The notes: a model not told the origin generated them from the sequence alone. 64,000 bases of DNA from Bacteroidota bacterium (GCA_035505655.1 DATJQP010000050.1:1253-65252), one strand, 5' to 3'; positions 17,689-28,018 are shown, numbered from the stretch's first letter. Made by a program: numbers and translations.

Positions 17689-19266
17689 TCATAGCGTTAC
17701 GACCTTTGCATCAAGAATCCCATCAACCGCCTTGATCTCGGCAAGCATGTGCTCCGAAATCGGGCTGTCGACACTAACCACGGAAAGGGCCTTCTCACCG
17801 ATACCAGTCCTGCCGAGTGCCAGACCGGCAATGTTGATCAGCCCGCTGGCGAGGATGGAGCCGACTCTCGCAAGCATCCCCGGCTTGTCGATGTTTGTGT
17901 AGAAGAGGAGGTGTCCTTCGGGGTTCACCTCGAAATAGAAGGCGTCGATCCGAACAAAGCGCGGATGGGTAGTCCCGAACACCGTTCCGGCAAAAGAACG
18001 CTTTTCCTGATCGGTCGAGTATTCGACGGAGAGGAGGTTTGTGTAGTTGGCACCGTCCCGCTCCTTCGTCTCGCTGATCCTTATCCCCATGGACTGTGCC
18101 AGCAAAGGAGCGTTAATGTAGTTGACAGGCTGGCTCATTATTCGTGAGAAGAAACCTTTCAGGACGCCGGTCGTCAGGAGTTCAATGTGTTTCTGGAGGA
18201 TCTCTCCGCGGGCTTCGATCGCAAGCTCGCGAAGCTTTCCCTTCATCAGCTGCGCCTGTACGCTCCCGAGCTTTTCCGCCAGGAGAAGGTACGGCTTGAT
18301 CTCCTCGGGAATTCCGGACTGGAGCGCGACGGCGTTGACGGCCCCCGAGATCCCCCGGTCGTGAAGGGCATCGGCGATCTGTTCCGCAATCTGGATCGCG
18401 ACTTTTTCCTGTGCTTCCTCCGTCGACGCGCCGAGATGCGGCGTCGCAATGAGGTGCGGGTGCTGAAGGAGAGGATTCGACGAGGGCGGCTCGGTGACAA
18501 AGACGTCGATCGCCGCTCCGGCGACCTGCCCGCTGTTGAGCGCGTCGAGGAGAGCCTTCTCGTCGATGATGCCGCCCCGTGCACAGTTGATCACGCGGAC
18601 TCCCTTCTTGCATTGCGCAAAGGTCTTTTCGTTGAGGATTCCCCTCGTCTCATCCGTGAGAGGAGTGTGGACTGAGATGAAATCCGACCGGCGGAAAATC
18701 TCCTCGAGGGGGACGAGCTCGATATCGATCTTCGCGGCAACATCGTTTGCGAGGACCGGGTCGAAGCCGATGACCATCATGCCGAACGCCTTGCACCGAA
18801 CCGCGACCTCCTTCCCGATCTTCCCCACACCGATAATCCCGAGGGTCTTCCCGAAGAGCTCCGTCCCCATGAACTTCTTCCGCTCCCATTTTCCGTTGAG
18901 GAGACTCATGTTCGCCTGGGGGATGTTCCGCGACATGGAGAGGAGCATCGACACGGTGTGCTCGGCGGTGGAGATGGTGTTCCCGCCGGGTGTATTCATG
19001 ACAATGATACCGCGCCGCGAGGCCGCCTCGACGTTGATGTTGTCCACTCCCGCGCCTGCCCTCCCGATGACCTTCATGGACTTGGCTTCTTCGATGATGT
19101 CCGGCGTCACTTTCGTGCCGCTGCGCACGATGAGCGCCGCATATTCCGGAATGATTTTCTTGATTTCTTCGGGCGCAATACCCGGCTTTGCATCGACCTG
19201 AAATCCTTCCCGCGTCAGGATATCGACACAGCTCTGCTCGATGGGATCGCTGATGAGTATTTTCAT
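17689..19266 (-). CDS. serA: D-3-phosphoglycerate dehydrogenase (with C-terminal ACT domain)
   Basis: 525 aa; NAD-binding GxGxxG (GIIGVGKIG), catalytic region, long-form SerA with ASB/ACT C-terminus. Confidence 0.9.
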   Translation of the reverse strand: MKILISDPIEQSCVDILTREGFQVDAKPGIAPEEIKKIIPEYAALIVRSGTKVTPDIIEEAKSMKVIGRAGAGVDNINVEAASRRGIIVMNTPGGNTISTAEHTVSMLLSMSRNIPQANMSLLNGKWERKKFMGTELFGKTLGIIGVGKIGKEVAVRCKAFGMMVIGFDPVLANDVAAKIDIELVPLEEIFRRSDFISVHTPLTDETRGILNEKTFAQCKKGVRVINCARGGIIDEKALLDALNSGQVAGAAIDVFVTEPPSSNPLLQHPHLIATPHLGASTEEAQEKVAIQIAEQIADALHDRGISGAVNAVALQSGIPEEIKPYLLLAEKLGSVQAQLMKGKLRELAIEARGEILQKHIELLTTGVLKGFFSRIMSQPVNYINAPLLAQSMGIRISETKERDGANYTNLLSVEYSTDQEKRSFAGTVFGTTHPRFVRIDAFYFEVNPEGHLLFYTNIDKPGMLARVGSILASGLINIAGLALGRTGIGEKALSVVSVDSPISEHMLAEIKAVDGILDAKVVTL

Positions 19267-19313
19267 GGGAGTGCTTTCGATGGTGAGATGCGATGTGAAT
19301 TATTCCCGGCCGT

Positions 19314-19337
19314 CGTCCCGTTCGGGCGAACGGGACG
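19314..19337. other. palindromic stem-loop between aminotransferase gene and serA (CGTCCCGTT-cgggcg-AACGGGACG)
   Basis: 9-bp perfect stem in the 123-nt intercistronic spacer; no U-tract. Confidence 0.35.
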
Positions 19338-19389
19338 GGCGACAGGGTTACAGCAGACAACGATGTGAGGTACTTCTTTGAAACCGAGC

Positions 19390-20523
19390 TTATTGTGCAA
19401 ACGACTTCAGCACGGCCTGGACTCCCGCGCCGAGCTCGAACTTGTAACCGCATTCCTTCAACGTGAGCTCGAGCGCGGTCATCATCGTCACCATGTCGAG
19501 CTCATCGTAATAGCCGAGATGCGAAATACGGAAGATCTTCCCGGCGTAGTCGTCCTGCCCACCGGCGATCGTGATCCCGTACTTCGACTTCAGCGTCTTG
19601 TTGAAGACCTTCCAGTCCATTCCCTCCGGCAGCCAGACCGGCGTTACCGCAAACGAGGGGGAATCCGAAAAGAGCCGGAGTCCGAGCGCGGCGACGCCGG
19701 CGCGGATCGCCGTCGCGAGCCGCTCATGGCGCTTCCAGATATTCTCGATCCCCTCGGCCCGGAGCATCGCCAGCGCCGCGTCGACACCGACGACGAGCGA
19801 GACCGCCGGAGTCCACGGGGTGTCGTTCTTCTCGTACGACTTCAGCGCTTTGCGCAGGTCGAAGTAGAACTTCGGCAGCTTCGACGTCTCCATCGCCGCG
19901 ATCGCGCGCTTGCTGACGGCGACGAACGCGAGCCCCGGCGGAATCATGAGCCCCTTCTGGGAGCCGGTGACGCAGACGTCAAGCCCCCACTCGTCGAACC
20001 GCAGCTCGTGAGCGCCGACCGCCGTAATCCCGTCCACGCAGACAAGAGCCTGCGAGTTCTCCCGGATGAGTTTCGACAACCCTTTGACGTCCGTCGCGGT
20101 GCCCGTCGAGGTCTCGCTGTGCGTCAGGTAGACCGCTTTCGTCTCCGGGTGCGCCTTCAGCGCGTCGAGGATCTGCTGCGGCGTGGGACCTTTCCCCCAC
20201 TCGTTCTTGATCTCGATGACGTTGAGCCCGTACGCCTTCGGCATCTTCACCCACCGCTCGCCGAACTTCCCGCCGTTAACGGAAACGATCGTATCGCCAG
20301 GAGAGAAGAGGCTTACGAATGTCGATTCAACGCCGCCGGTGCCGGAGCTTGTGAGCGTAAGAACCGGTTGTTCGGTCTGGAAAAGATACTTGAGATTCTG
20401 GTTGACCCGCGTGAGGACTTCGTTGAATTCGGGGTTGCGGTGGTGGATGATCGGCTCCGCCATCGTCAGCATGACATGCTCGGGGACCGGGGTCGGTCCG
20501 GGGGTGAATAATCTCTTTTTCAT
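19390..20523 (-). CDS. class V PLP-dependent aminotransferase (serine-glyoxylate/alanine-glyoxylate family; likely functioning as phosphoserine aminotransferase given serA adjacency)
   Basis: 377 aa; class V AT fold with SQKGL lysine motif (CVTGSQKGLMIPPGLA). Confidence 0.8.
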   Translation of the reverse strand: MKKRLFTPGPTPVPEHVMLTMAEPIIHHRNPEFNEVLTRVNQNLKYLFQTEQPVLTLTSSGTGGVESTFVSLFSPGDTIVSVNGGKFGERWVKMPKAYGLNVIEIKNEWGKGPTPQQILDALKAHPETKAVYLTHSETSTGTATDVKGLSKLIRENSQALVCVDGITAVGAHELRFDEWGLDVCVTGSQKGLMIPPGLAFVAVSKRAIAAMETSKLPKFYFDLRKALKSYEKNDTPWTPAVSLVVGVDAALAMLRAEGIENIWKRHERLATAIRAGVAALGLRLFSDSPSFAVTPVWLPEGMDWKVFNKTLKSKYGITIAGGQDDYAGKIFRISHLGYYDELDMVTMMTALELTLKECGYKFELGAGVQAVLKSFAQ

Positions 20524-20879
20524 GGTGATCGCTTTCGGGCTGGATTGTCGTGGGGTTGCGGACTTTGGGTTGATCTGTGACTCAAAAATAATTCAAATGA
20601 GGAAGAGAATCAAGAAAGAAGAGATACGATAAAAGAGAGAAGATAAAAGAGTGAAACGCCGAGGGTGTTGGAGCACACCCATGCGAAGCCAGAGGGGAAC
20701 GGCGGCCAGGTGTTGGTGGGGGTAAGACAATGGGACCAACCTCGTCCGCTGCGGCAGAAGATCAAAAATCACAGAGCAAATAGCAAAAATACAGATGAAA
20801 GACCAAAGATCGATGGTGTCGGACCATCTTTGAGTTTTACTCTGTATTTTTGCTCTTTCCTTTTTGCTTTTTGATGTTC

Positions 20880-21524
20880 CTATGCGACCGCCGACGAGGC
20901 GTAGTGCTGATGGTGCTGGAGCTCGCGAAGCTCTTTGGCGGCGACATACGAGTGAATGGATTCGAGGAGCTCGCACCGCCCGTCTCCGGTCACCGCAGAG
21001 AACGGAAGGACGCCGGAAAGGTGTTTGTATTTCCCGAGCGTCTCGCGGACGGTCTTCATCTGAAGCTGGAGCTTGTTGAACGGAATCTTGTCCGCCTTCG
21101 TCAGGACGAGCGCGAACGGTACTTTATAGAAGTCGAGCCAGCCCATCATCGTGTTGTCGAGCTCGGTCGGACCGAGGCGCGCATCGACGATCTGCACCCC
21201 GAGGGCGATCTGCTTTCGCTCATGGAAGAAGGTCTCGATGAGGGAGGTCCATCCCGCCTTCACCTGCTCCGCGACTTTGGCGTAGCCGTACCCGGGGAGG
21301 TCGATGAAGTACATCTCCTTGTTGACGAGGTAGTAGTTCAGCTCGCGGGTCTTCCCGGGGGTTGAGCTGATCCTCGCGAGGCCTTTCCGGTTGCAGAGCT
21401 TGTTGAGGAGGGACGACTTTCCGACGTTCGATCGGCCGATGAAAACGATTTCGGGGAGGTTGTCTTTGGGGAGCTGCTTCAGGTTGGCGACGCCGACGAC
21501 AAAATCAACAGTCACAATTTTCAT
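20880..21524 (-). CDS. engB: ribosome biogenesis GTP-binding protein YsxC/EngB
   Basis: G1 GRSNVGKSS, G3 DLPGYG, G4 TKADK; start set at MKIVTV (21524) rather than upstream in-frame ATG. Confidence 0.85.
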   Translation of the reverse strand: MKIVTVDFVVGVANLKQLPKDNLPEIVFIGRSNVGKSSLLNKLCNRKGLARISSTPGKTRELNYYLVNKEMYFIDLPGYGYAKVAEQVKAGWTSLIETFFHERKQIALGVQIVDARLGPTELDNTMMGWLDFYKVPFALVLTKADKIPFNKLQLQMKTVRETLGKYKHLSGVLPFSAVTGDGRCELLESIHSYVAAKELRELQHHQHYASSAVA

Positions 21525-21601
21525 ACGTTCCGTCCTTGTCATGAGTGACTTAGTCCTGCCCGGCGGTCCCTGATCTCCGCCGGGCACCCTGCGTTCGCCG
21601 C

Positions 21602-22138
21602 TCAGGGCTGAGCGGGGGAACCGGCAGCCGGTTCGGCCGCTGCCGTGGCGGGAGCCGCCGGGGCCGCGGCACCGGAGGTCTCCGTCTTCTTGCGGGGCGA
21701 GCGGCGTGCCCGCCTGGGTTTCGGGGCGGGCTTGCTTTCATCCTTGCCCGTGTTGTAGTCGACAAGCTCGAGGACCGCCACATCGGCGGCATCGCCGAAC
21801 CGGCGGCCGAGTTTTACGACGCGGGTATACCCGCCGGGACGCTGTTCGACCTTCGCGGCGATCTCACCAAAGAGGATCTTCACGACGGCCTTGTCGTGGA
21901 TGAACTTCCCCACTTCACGGCGTGCGTGGACATCCTTGGGGGCCCCGCCCGCTTCCCTCGCGACGGCGCGCTTCGCCCGGGTGATAATCTTCTCCACGAC
22001 CATGCGCGTCTCTTTCGCTTTCGCGAGCGTCGTGCGGATTTTCTTGTGACGGAGCAGCGAGGTGGAAAGCGACGAGAGCAACGCTCTCCGGTGGCTCGCC
22101 GTTCGTTTGAGTTTACGTCCCGATCTGCCGTGAATCAT
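21602..22138 (-). CDS. rplQ: 50S ribosomal protein L17 with ~55-aa Lys/Ala/Pro-rich C-terminal extension
   Basis: [21 protein letters not shown]... L17 N-terminus; follows rpoA. Confidence 0.9.
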   Translation of the reverse strand: MIHGRSGRKLKRTASHRRALLSSLSTSLLRHKKIRTTLAKAKETRMVVEKIITRAKRAVAREAGGAPKDVHARREVGKFIHDKAVVKILFGEIAAKVEQRPGGYTRVVKLGRRFGDAADVAVLELVDYNTGKDESKPAPKPRRARRSPRKKTETSGAAAPAAPATAAAEPAAGSPAQP

Positions 22139-22153
22139 TCCTGTGCCCTTTGT

Positions 22154-23140
22154 CTATTCACTGTCCTTGAGATACTTGTCGACGTCCATGCCGAACGTCA
22201 GCCCTTCCTCTTCGATGATCGCCGAAAGCTCGGCGAGCGACTTCCGGCCAAAGTTCCTGAACTTCAGGAGCTCGGACTCCTCGCGACGGACGAGATCCGC
22301 GATCGTCTTGATGTCCGCCGCCCGGAGGCAATTGTGCGAACGGACCGAGAGCTCGAGGTCGTCGACGCTCGTCTTCAGCACCTTCCTGATCCGCGCCACT
22401 TCGGCGTCCTCTTCCACTTCCTCTTTCTCCGCCTCGGGCTCCGTGTCGAAGCTCGTGAAGAGCTGGATGTGCTCGCGGAGAACCTTGCCGGCATACGTGA
22501 GCGCCTCCTCGGGGGCGACGGAGCCGTCCGTCTCGATCTCGAGGATAAGCTTCTCATAGTCTGTCTGCTGACCGACGCGCGTCGGCTCGACGAAGTACCG
22601 GACGTTCTTCACCGGGGTGAAGATCGAGTCGATCGCGATGACGCCGAGCGTCTGGTCGGGAAGCTTGTTCTCCTCGGAGGTGACATACCCTTTCCCGCGG
22701 CCGATCCTCAGCTCCATCTCGAAATCGGCGTCTTTATTGAGCGTCGCAATGTGGTGCTCGGGGTTGAGGATCTCAACCTCGGCGCTTGCCTTCTGGATGT
22801 CGCCGGCAACGAGTTTCCCGGGGCCCTTGAGGTGGACCGTCACTTTCCCGACTTTCTTGTTCGTCGCCTTCAGCCGTACTTCCTTCAGGTTGAGGATCAT
22901 GTCCGAGACGTCCTCGACAAGTCCCGGAAGCGTCGAGAACTCATGGACGATCCCTTCGATGCGGATCGCCGTTACCGCGTAGCCCGGGAGCGACGAAAGG
23001 AGGACCCGGCGAAAGGCGTTTCCGATGGTGACTCCAAATCCCTTCTCCAGCGGCTGCACGACGAACCTTCCGAACGTTGTCGAATGACTACCTTCATCCA
23101 ACACGATCCCTTCAGGCATTTGAAAGTTTACAAGACTCAT
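22154..23140 (-). CDS. rpoA: DNA-directed RNA polymerase subunit alpha
   Basis: 328 aa, conserved N- and C-terminal domains. Confidence 0.95.
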   Translation of the reverse strand: MSLVNFQMPEGIVLDEGSHSTTFGRFVVQPLEKGFGVTIGNAFRRVLLSSLPGYAVTAIRIEGIVHEFSTLPGLVEDVSDMILNLKEVRLKATNKKVGKVTVHLKGPGKLVAGDIQKASAEVEILNPEHHIATLNKDADFEMELRIGRGKGYVTSEENKLPDQTLGVIAIDSIFTPVKNVRYFVEPTRVGQQTDYEKLILEIETDGSVAPEEALTYAGKVLREHIQLFTSFDTEPEAEKEEVEEDAEVARIRKVLKTSVDDLELSVRSHNCLRAADIKTIADLVRREESELLKFRNFGRKSLAELSAIIEEEGLTFGMDVDKYLKDSE

Positions 23141-23183
23141 GAGGTTTACTCGCTTTCACGCTTTAAATGTGGGAAAGAACAGA

Positions 23184-23813
23184 TTACTTGGAGTAGAGCT
23201 CGACGACGAGCTGCTCGTTCGCGGGGAGCGGAATGTCCGCGCGTTCCGGAATCTGAAGAAACGTCCCGTTGAGGTTCGCCTTGTCGAGGCTGAGCCACGG
23301 GAGCATGGAACTGTCTTTCATGCGTTTCATCGAGTTGTGGATCACTTCCAGCTTCTTGCTCCGCTCGTTCACGCTGATGACGTCCCCGGCCCTTAAGAGA
23401 ACGGAGGGGATGTCGGTCGGCTTGTTGTTGACGGAGAAATGGCCGTGAAGGATGAGCTGGCGCGCTGTCTTCCGCGACGGCGCGAAGCCCATGCGATAAA
23501 CAACGTTGTCGAAACGGCGCTCCAGGGTCTTGACGAGAATTTCACCCGTCTTTCCCGTCTGGCGGAGAGACTTCTCGAAGTAGTTCCGGAATTGTGTCTC
23601 CATGAGGCCGTAAAGGCGGCGGATTTTCTGCTTCTCTCTCAGCTGAAGGCCGTACTCCGAGACCTTCTGTCTGCGCGACTGTCCGTGCGGGCCCGGGGGA
23701 AAATTCCGGCGCTCCACGGGGCATTTCTCCGTGAAGCACTTCGTCCCTTTGAGGAAGAGCTTCTGGCGTTCGCGACGGCAGAGCCTGCAGCTGGCGTCAA
23801 TGTATCGTGCCAT
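23184..23813 (-). CDS. rpsD: 30S ribosomal protein S4
   Basis: MARYIDASCRLCRRE... zinc-finger-type S4. Confidence 0.95.
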   Translation of the reverse strand: MARYIDASCRLCRRERQKLFLKGTKCFTEKCPVERRNFPPGPHGQSRRQKVSEYGLQLREKQKIRRLYGLMETQFRNYFEKSLRQTGKTGEILVKTLERRFDNVVYRMGFAPSRKTARQLILHGHFSVNNKPTDIPSVLLRAGDVISVNERSKKLEVIHNSMKRMKDSSMLPWLSLDKANLNGTFLQIPERADIPLPANEQLVVELYSK

Positions 23814-23857
23814 TGATCAAACGTTCCTTTATAGTTGATGAAAGTACTTCCGACTCG

Positions 23858-24301
23858 TTAGACCCGGCGTCGTTTCGGCGGACGGCAGCCGTTGTGCGGG
23901 ATCGGCGTGATGTCCCTGATGATCGAGACCTCGAGCCCCGCCGTCTGGAGCGACCGGATCGCCGCCTCGCGTCCGGAGCCGGGTCCCTTGACGAAGACCT
24001 CGACCTTCCGGAGCCCCATGTCGTAGGCCTCCTTCGCCGCCGCTTCCGCGGAGACCTGGGCGGCGTACGGCGTGTTCTTCCGCGATCCCTTGAATCCGTT
24101 CTTGCCGGCCGACGACCACGCGATGGTGTTGCCGTAGATATCCGTCAGCGTCACGATGACGTTGTTGAACGTCGCCTTGATGAAGGCCTTGCCGTTGACG
24201 TCGACGTGGATCTTTTTCTTTTTCTTGACTGCCGCGGGGGTCGCGGCGGCGGCCGATGCCGGCGCCGGTTTGCCCGCTGCGGGTGCCTGTTCCTTTGCCA
24301 C
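23858..24301 (-). CDS. rpsK: 30S ribosomal protein S11
   Basis: conserved S11 core with A/K-rich N-terminal extension. Confidence 0.9.
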   Translation of the reverse strand: MAKEQAPAAGKPAPASAAAATPAAVKKKKKIHVDVNGKAFIKATFNNVIVTLTDIYGNTIAWSSAGKNGFKGSRKNTPYAAQVSAEAAAKEAYDMGLRKVEVFVKGPGSGREAAIRSLQTAGLEVSIIRDITPIPHNGCRPPKRRRV

Positions 24302-24343
24302 GAGTGCTCCTTTCGACCGGGGAACATCCCCGGAGATGATCCG

Positions 24344-24727
24344 TTACTTCTTTGCCAGGACTTTCTTCTTCCCGGCGACCGTCTTCCTCTTTCCCTTCCT
24401 CGTACGGGAATTCGTTCTCGTCCGCTGTCCCCGCACCGGCAAACCCTTCCGATGCCTCAGGCCGCGGTACGACCCGATATCCATGAGACGCTTGATGTTC
24501 ATCTGCATCTCGCTCCGCATCGCTCCTTCGGTCTTGTAGTCCGCCTGGATGATCGTGCGGATCTTCGACACCTCGTCGTCGTTGAGGTCGCCGATTTTCT
24601 TGTTGAGGTCGATCCCCGCTTTCGCGAGGATCTGCCGGGAAGTGGTGCGGCCGATGCCGTAGATATACGTCAGCCCGATCTCGGACCGTTTGTTCTTCGG
24701 CAAATCGACGCCTGCAATACGTGCCAC
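24344..24727 (-). CDS. rpsM: 30S ribosomal protein S13
   Basis: [10 protein letters not shown]... Confidence 0.95.
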   Translation of the reverse strand: MARIAGVDLPKNKRSEIGLTYIYGIGRTTSRQILAKAGIDLNKKIGDLNDDEVSKIRTIIQADYKTEGAMRSEMQMNIKRLMDIGSYRGLRHRKGLPVRGQRTRTNSRTRKGKRKTVAGKKKVLAKK

Positions 24728-24760
24728 GTGATGGTCTCCTTGTTAAACAGTCTGTTCGTC

Positions 24761-24874
24761 TTATCCCTGGCGCTGCTTGTGCTTCGGGTTCTTGCAGATG
24801 ACCCGAACGACGCCTTTCCGGCGGATCACTTTGCAGTTCTCACACAGCCGCTTCACCGATGCCCGGACTTTCAT
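24761..24874 (-). CDS. rpmJ: 50S ribosomal protein L36 (zinc-ribbon form), 37 aa; absent from the ORF track
   Basis: Translated by hand: [37 protein letters not shown]; canonical position between infA and rpsM. Confidence 0.9.
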   Translation of the reverse strand: MKVRASVKRLCENCKVIRRKGVVRVICKNPKHKQRQG

Positions 24875-24893
24875 GGATCGATCCTTTCTTCGC

Positions 24894-25112
24894 TCATTTG
24901 TAGCGGTAGGTGATGCGCCCCTTCGAGAGGTCGTACGGCGAGAGCTCCACCGTCACCTTGTCACCAACCAGAATCTTGATGTAGTTCATGCGCATCTTCC
25001 CGGAGATATGCGCAAGGATTTCATGCCCGTTGTCGAGCTTCACCTTGAACGTAGCGTTCGGCAGCGTCTCCGTGATCGTGCCGTCAACTTTGATTGCTCC
25101 TTGCTTTGCCAT
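24894..25112 (-). CDS. infA: translation initiation factor IF-1
   Basis: 72 aa S1-like OB fold, [24 protein letters not shown]. Confidence 0.95.
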   Translation of the reverse strand: MAKQGAIKVDGTITETLPNATFKVKLDNGHEILAHISGKMRMNYIKILVGDKVTVELSPYDLSKGRITYRYK

Positions 25113-25121
25113 CGTCTGCGC

Positions 25122-25880
25122 TTATCGAGTTAAGACTTCCGCGTTCCCTTTCCGAACGATGACCGTATGCTCGAAATGAGCCGACGGCCCGCCGTCTGCC
25201 GTGAGGATTGTCCATCCGTCGCCCGCGGTCCTCACGTCGTAGCCGCCGAAGTTCACCATCGGTTCGATCGCGAGCGCCATTCCCTCCTTCAGCTTCAGCC
25301 CCGTCTTCGGTCTCCCGTAGTTCGGGACCGGCGGATCTTCGTGAAGCTCCTTCCCGATCCCGTGTCCGACAAGGTCCCTCACGACCGAAAACCCGGCCGC
25401 TTCGACGTGCCGCTGGACCGCGGCGGAAATATCGTGGAGCTGATTCCCTTCGACCGCCTGCTCGACCCCTTTGTCGAGCGACTCCTGCGTCACCCGCATG
25501 AGCCGAGCCTTCCCGTCCGACACTTTGCCGACCGGAAACGTGGCGGCGCCGTCGCCGTAATATCCGTCCTTCACCACGCCGACGTCGAGCGAGACGATCT
25601 CGCCTTCCTTCAGCACGCGCGTCCCCGGGATCCCGTGGACGACTTCATCATCGATCGAGACGCAGATCGACGCGGGGAAAAGATTCCTCCGGTCGTTCCC
25701 GTACCCCTTGAACGCCGGGATCCCTCCACTGCTCCTGATAAAATCCTCGGCCAGATCGTCAAGCAGCCTTGTCGTGACGCCGGGGTACACCTGCTTCTCG
25801 AGGAGCCGAAGGACGTCGGCTACCAGCCTGGAACTCTCCCTGATGAGGGCGATTTCCCGTTCCGTCTTGATTGTCACCAT
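25122..25880 (-). CDS. map: type I methionine aminopeptidase
   Basis: 252 aa; metal ligand motifs conserved. Confidence 0.9.
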   Translation of the reverse strand: MVTIKTEREIALIRESSRLVADVLRLLEKQVYPGVTTRLLDDLAEDFIRSSGGIPAFKGYGNDRRNLFPASICVSIDDEVVHGIPGTRVLKEGEIVSLDVGVVKDGYYGDGAATFPVGKVSDGKARLMRVTQESLDKGVEQAVEGNQLHDISAAVQRHVEAAGFSVVRDLVGHGIGKELHEDPPVPNYGRPKTGLKLKEGMALAIEPMVNFGGYDVRTAGDGWTILTADGGPSAHFEHTVIVRKGNAEVLTR

Positions 25881-25904
25881 GGTTGCCGCACCGACGGCCG
25901 GACG

Positions 25905-27245
25905 CTACCGGCCAATCCGCCCCTTGATCTTGCCGCTCTTCATGAACCCGTCGTAGTGGCGCATGAGCAGATGCGACTCGATCTGCTGGAGCGTGTCGAG
26001 CGCCACGCCGACGATGATGAGCAAACTTGTTCCGCCGAAAAACGACGCGAAGCTCGACGTCACCCCGAACCGGACCATGAAGGCCGGCAGAATCGCCACG
26101 ATCGCGAGGAAGATCGACCCGGGAAGCGTGATCTTCGTAAGAATGTTGTCGATGAAGTCCGACGTGTGCTTCCCCGGCCTGATGCCCGGGATGAACCCAC
26201 CCTGCTTCTGCATGTTATCCGCCACGTCCTTCGGGTTAAAGGCGATCGCGGTGTAAAAATAGGTGAAGAAAACGATCATGAGCCCGTAGAAGAACGAGTA
26301 CGTGAACGACGTGTGCTCAAGGTACCCGGCGATCGACGCGACGAACTCGCTGTCCGGGAAGAACGTCAGGATCGTGCTCGGGATGAACATAATCGACTGC
26401 GCGAAGATGATCGGCATAACGCCCGCCGTATTGACGCGCATCGGGATGTACTGCGTCACTCCTCCGTACACTTTTCTGCCGACGACGCGCTTCGCGTACT
26501 GGACCGGAATCCGGCGCGTTCCCTGCGTCACCATGACGACGCCCGCGGTGATGAGGAGCATGAACGCCCAGATGATGAGCTCGATGATGATCGGACGGGC
26601 GCCGGAGTTGACGAGCTGGAACTCGTCGAGCACCGCGTGCGGGAACCGGGCGATGATGCCGATGAAGATGATGAGCGAGATGCCGTTCCCGATGCCGCGC
26701 TCCGTAATCTGCTCGCCGAGCCACATCATGAACATCGTTCCCGTCGTCAGGACGATGATCGTCGTGAGCGCGAAACCGAAGCCCTGGACCTGCTGCGGTA
26801 CGATCGGAACGCCGGCGGCGTTGAGGCTCACGAGCCGAACGCTAACGCCCCACGCCTGAAGCATGGAGATGAGAACCGTTCCGTACCGGGTGTACTGGGT
26901 AATTTTCTTCCGCCCGTTCTCTCCCTCCTTCTGTAGCTTCTGGAAGAAGGGGACGACGGCGCCGAGGAGCTGGATGATAATCGAGGCGCTGATGTACGGC
27001 ATGATGCCGAGGGCGAAGATCGCGGCGTGACTGAACGCGCCGCCGACAAAGAGGTCGTAGAGCCCGAAGAGGGTGTTCGACGCCTGGTTGCGCATCGACT
27101 CCGCGAGCACCGAGGCGTCGACCCCGGGAAGCGTGACGTGCGATCCGATGCGCACCACGATGAGAAGCGCCGCGGTGAAAAGGACGCGCGACCTCAGCTC
27201 CTGGATCTTGAAAATATTCCGAATGTTTTCGTCTATTTTGCTCAT
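25905..27245 (-). CDS. secY: preprotein translocase subunit SecY
   Basis: 446 aa, 10 TM segments. Confidence 0.95.
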   Translation of the reverse strand: MSKIDENIRNIFKIQELRSRVLFTAALLIVVRIGSHVTLPGVDASVLAESMRNQASNTLFGLYDLFVGGAFSHAAIFALGIMPYISASIIIQLLGAVVPFFQKLQKEGENGRKKITQYTRYGTVLISMLQAWGVSVRLVSLNAAGVPIVPQQVQGFGFALTTIIVLTTGTMFMMWLGEQITERGIGNGISLIIFIGIIARFPHAVLDEFQLVNSGARPIIIELIIWAFMLLITAGVVMVTQGTRRIPVQYAKRVVGRKVYGGVTQYIPMRVNTAGVMPIIFAQSIMFIPSTILTFFPDSEFVASIAGYLEHTSFTYSFFYGLMIVFFTYFYTAIAFNPKDVADNMQKQGGFIPGIRPGKHTSDFIDNILTKITLPGSIFLAIVAILPAFMVRFGVTSSFASFFGGTSLLIIVGVALDTLQQIESHLLMRHYDGFMKSGKIKGRIGR

Positions 27246-27261
27246 GGAGATACGCGAGGAA

Positions 27262-27747
27262 TTATTGTGCGGGAGCCGGCTTCGCGGCGCCGATGGCGGT
27301 CGCCTTGCCTCCTGCCGCCGTGATCTTCTCCACCGCAGACTTGCTGAACCTGTGCGCCGTGACCTCGAGCTTTGCCTTCAGCTCGCCGTCGCCGAGGATC
27401 TTCACCGGGTCGCTCTTCTTGCTGACAACGCCGAGCGAGTAAAGAATCTCCGGCGTCACCGCATCCTTGATCCTCCCATCGCTCACAAGCTTCTGGAGCG
27501 TCTCGACGTTGACCACGCGGTACTCGACTCGGAACGGTTTCGTGAAACCGAATTTCGGAAGCCGTCGCGTGAGGGGCATCTGCCCGCCTTCGAACCCACG
27601 CTTCACGCCCGACCCTGACCGCGAGCCCTGGCCTTTGTGACCCCGCGTGGCGGTGCCGCCGTGGCCGGAGCCCTGTCCGCGGCCGATCCGCTTCGTCTTG
27701 CGGCGCGAACCCTTTGCGTACTGCAAATTATTGAGAATCGATGTCAT
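27262..27747 (-). CDS. rplO: 50S ribosomal protein L15
   Basis: Start set at MTSILNNLQYAKGSRRKTKRIGRGQGSG (L15 N-terminal consensus); the track's longer ORF overlaps rpmD. Confidence 0.85.
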   Translation of the reverse strand: MTSILNNLQYAKGSRRKTKRIGRGQGSGHGGTATRGHKGQGSRSGSGVKRGFEGGQMPLTRRLPKFGFTKPFRVEYRVVNVETLQKLVSDGRIKDAVTPEILYSLGVVSKKSDPVKILGDGELKAKLEVTAHRFSKSAVEKITAAGGKATAIGAAKPAPAQ

Positions 27748-27799
27748 GACACTGTCCCTTCGTAAGCCGCTGAACGGTCTCCCCGTTCGCCGGCGCCGT

Positions 27800-27994
27800 T
27801 TACGATTTAACTTCTTCCACGACGACAAGGTGGCGCACCGCGTTCACCATCCCCCGGATCTGCGGGGTGTCCGTGTGAACGACGGAGTAGTTCGGACGGC
27901 CGAGGCCGAGCGCCTTGATCGTCCGTTTGTGCTTCTCGAGCGTATGGACGACGCTCTTCGTCTGGGTGATTCTGATTTTCTTGTGTGCTCCCAT
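27800..27994 (-). CDS. rpmD: 50S ribosomal protein L30
   Basis: 64 aa, MGAHKKIRITQTKS... Confidence 0.9.
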   Translation of the reverse strand: MGAHKKIRITQTKSVVHTLEKHKRTIKALGLGRPNYSVVHTDTPQIRGMVNAVRHLVVVEEVKS

Positions 27995-28018
27995 GGCGTA
28001 CCGTCTCGCTTCTGCTGA

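Noticed and set aside
20524-20879. Small protein-coding gene in the engB/aminotransferase spacer (track ORF 20665-20874 +)
   Set aside because: Low-complexity translation, no RBS, region dominated by repeats and dyads; better explained as terminator/promoter DNA.
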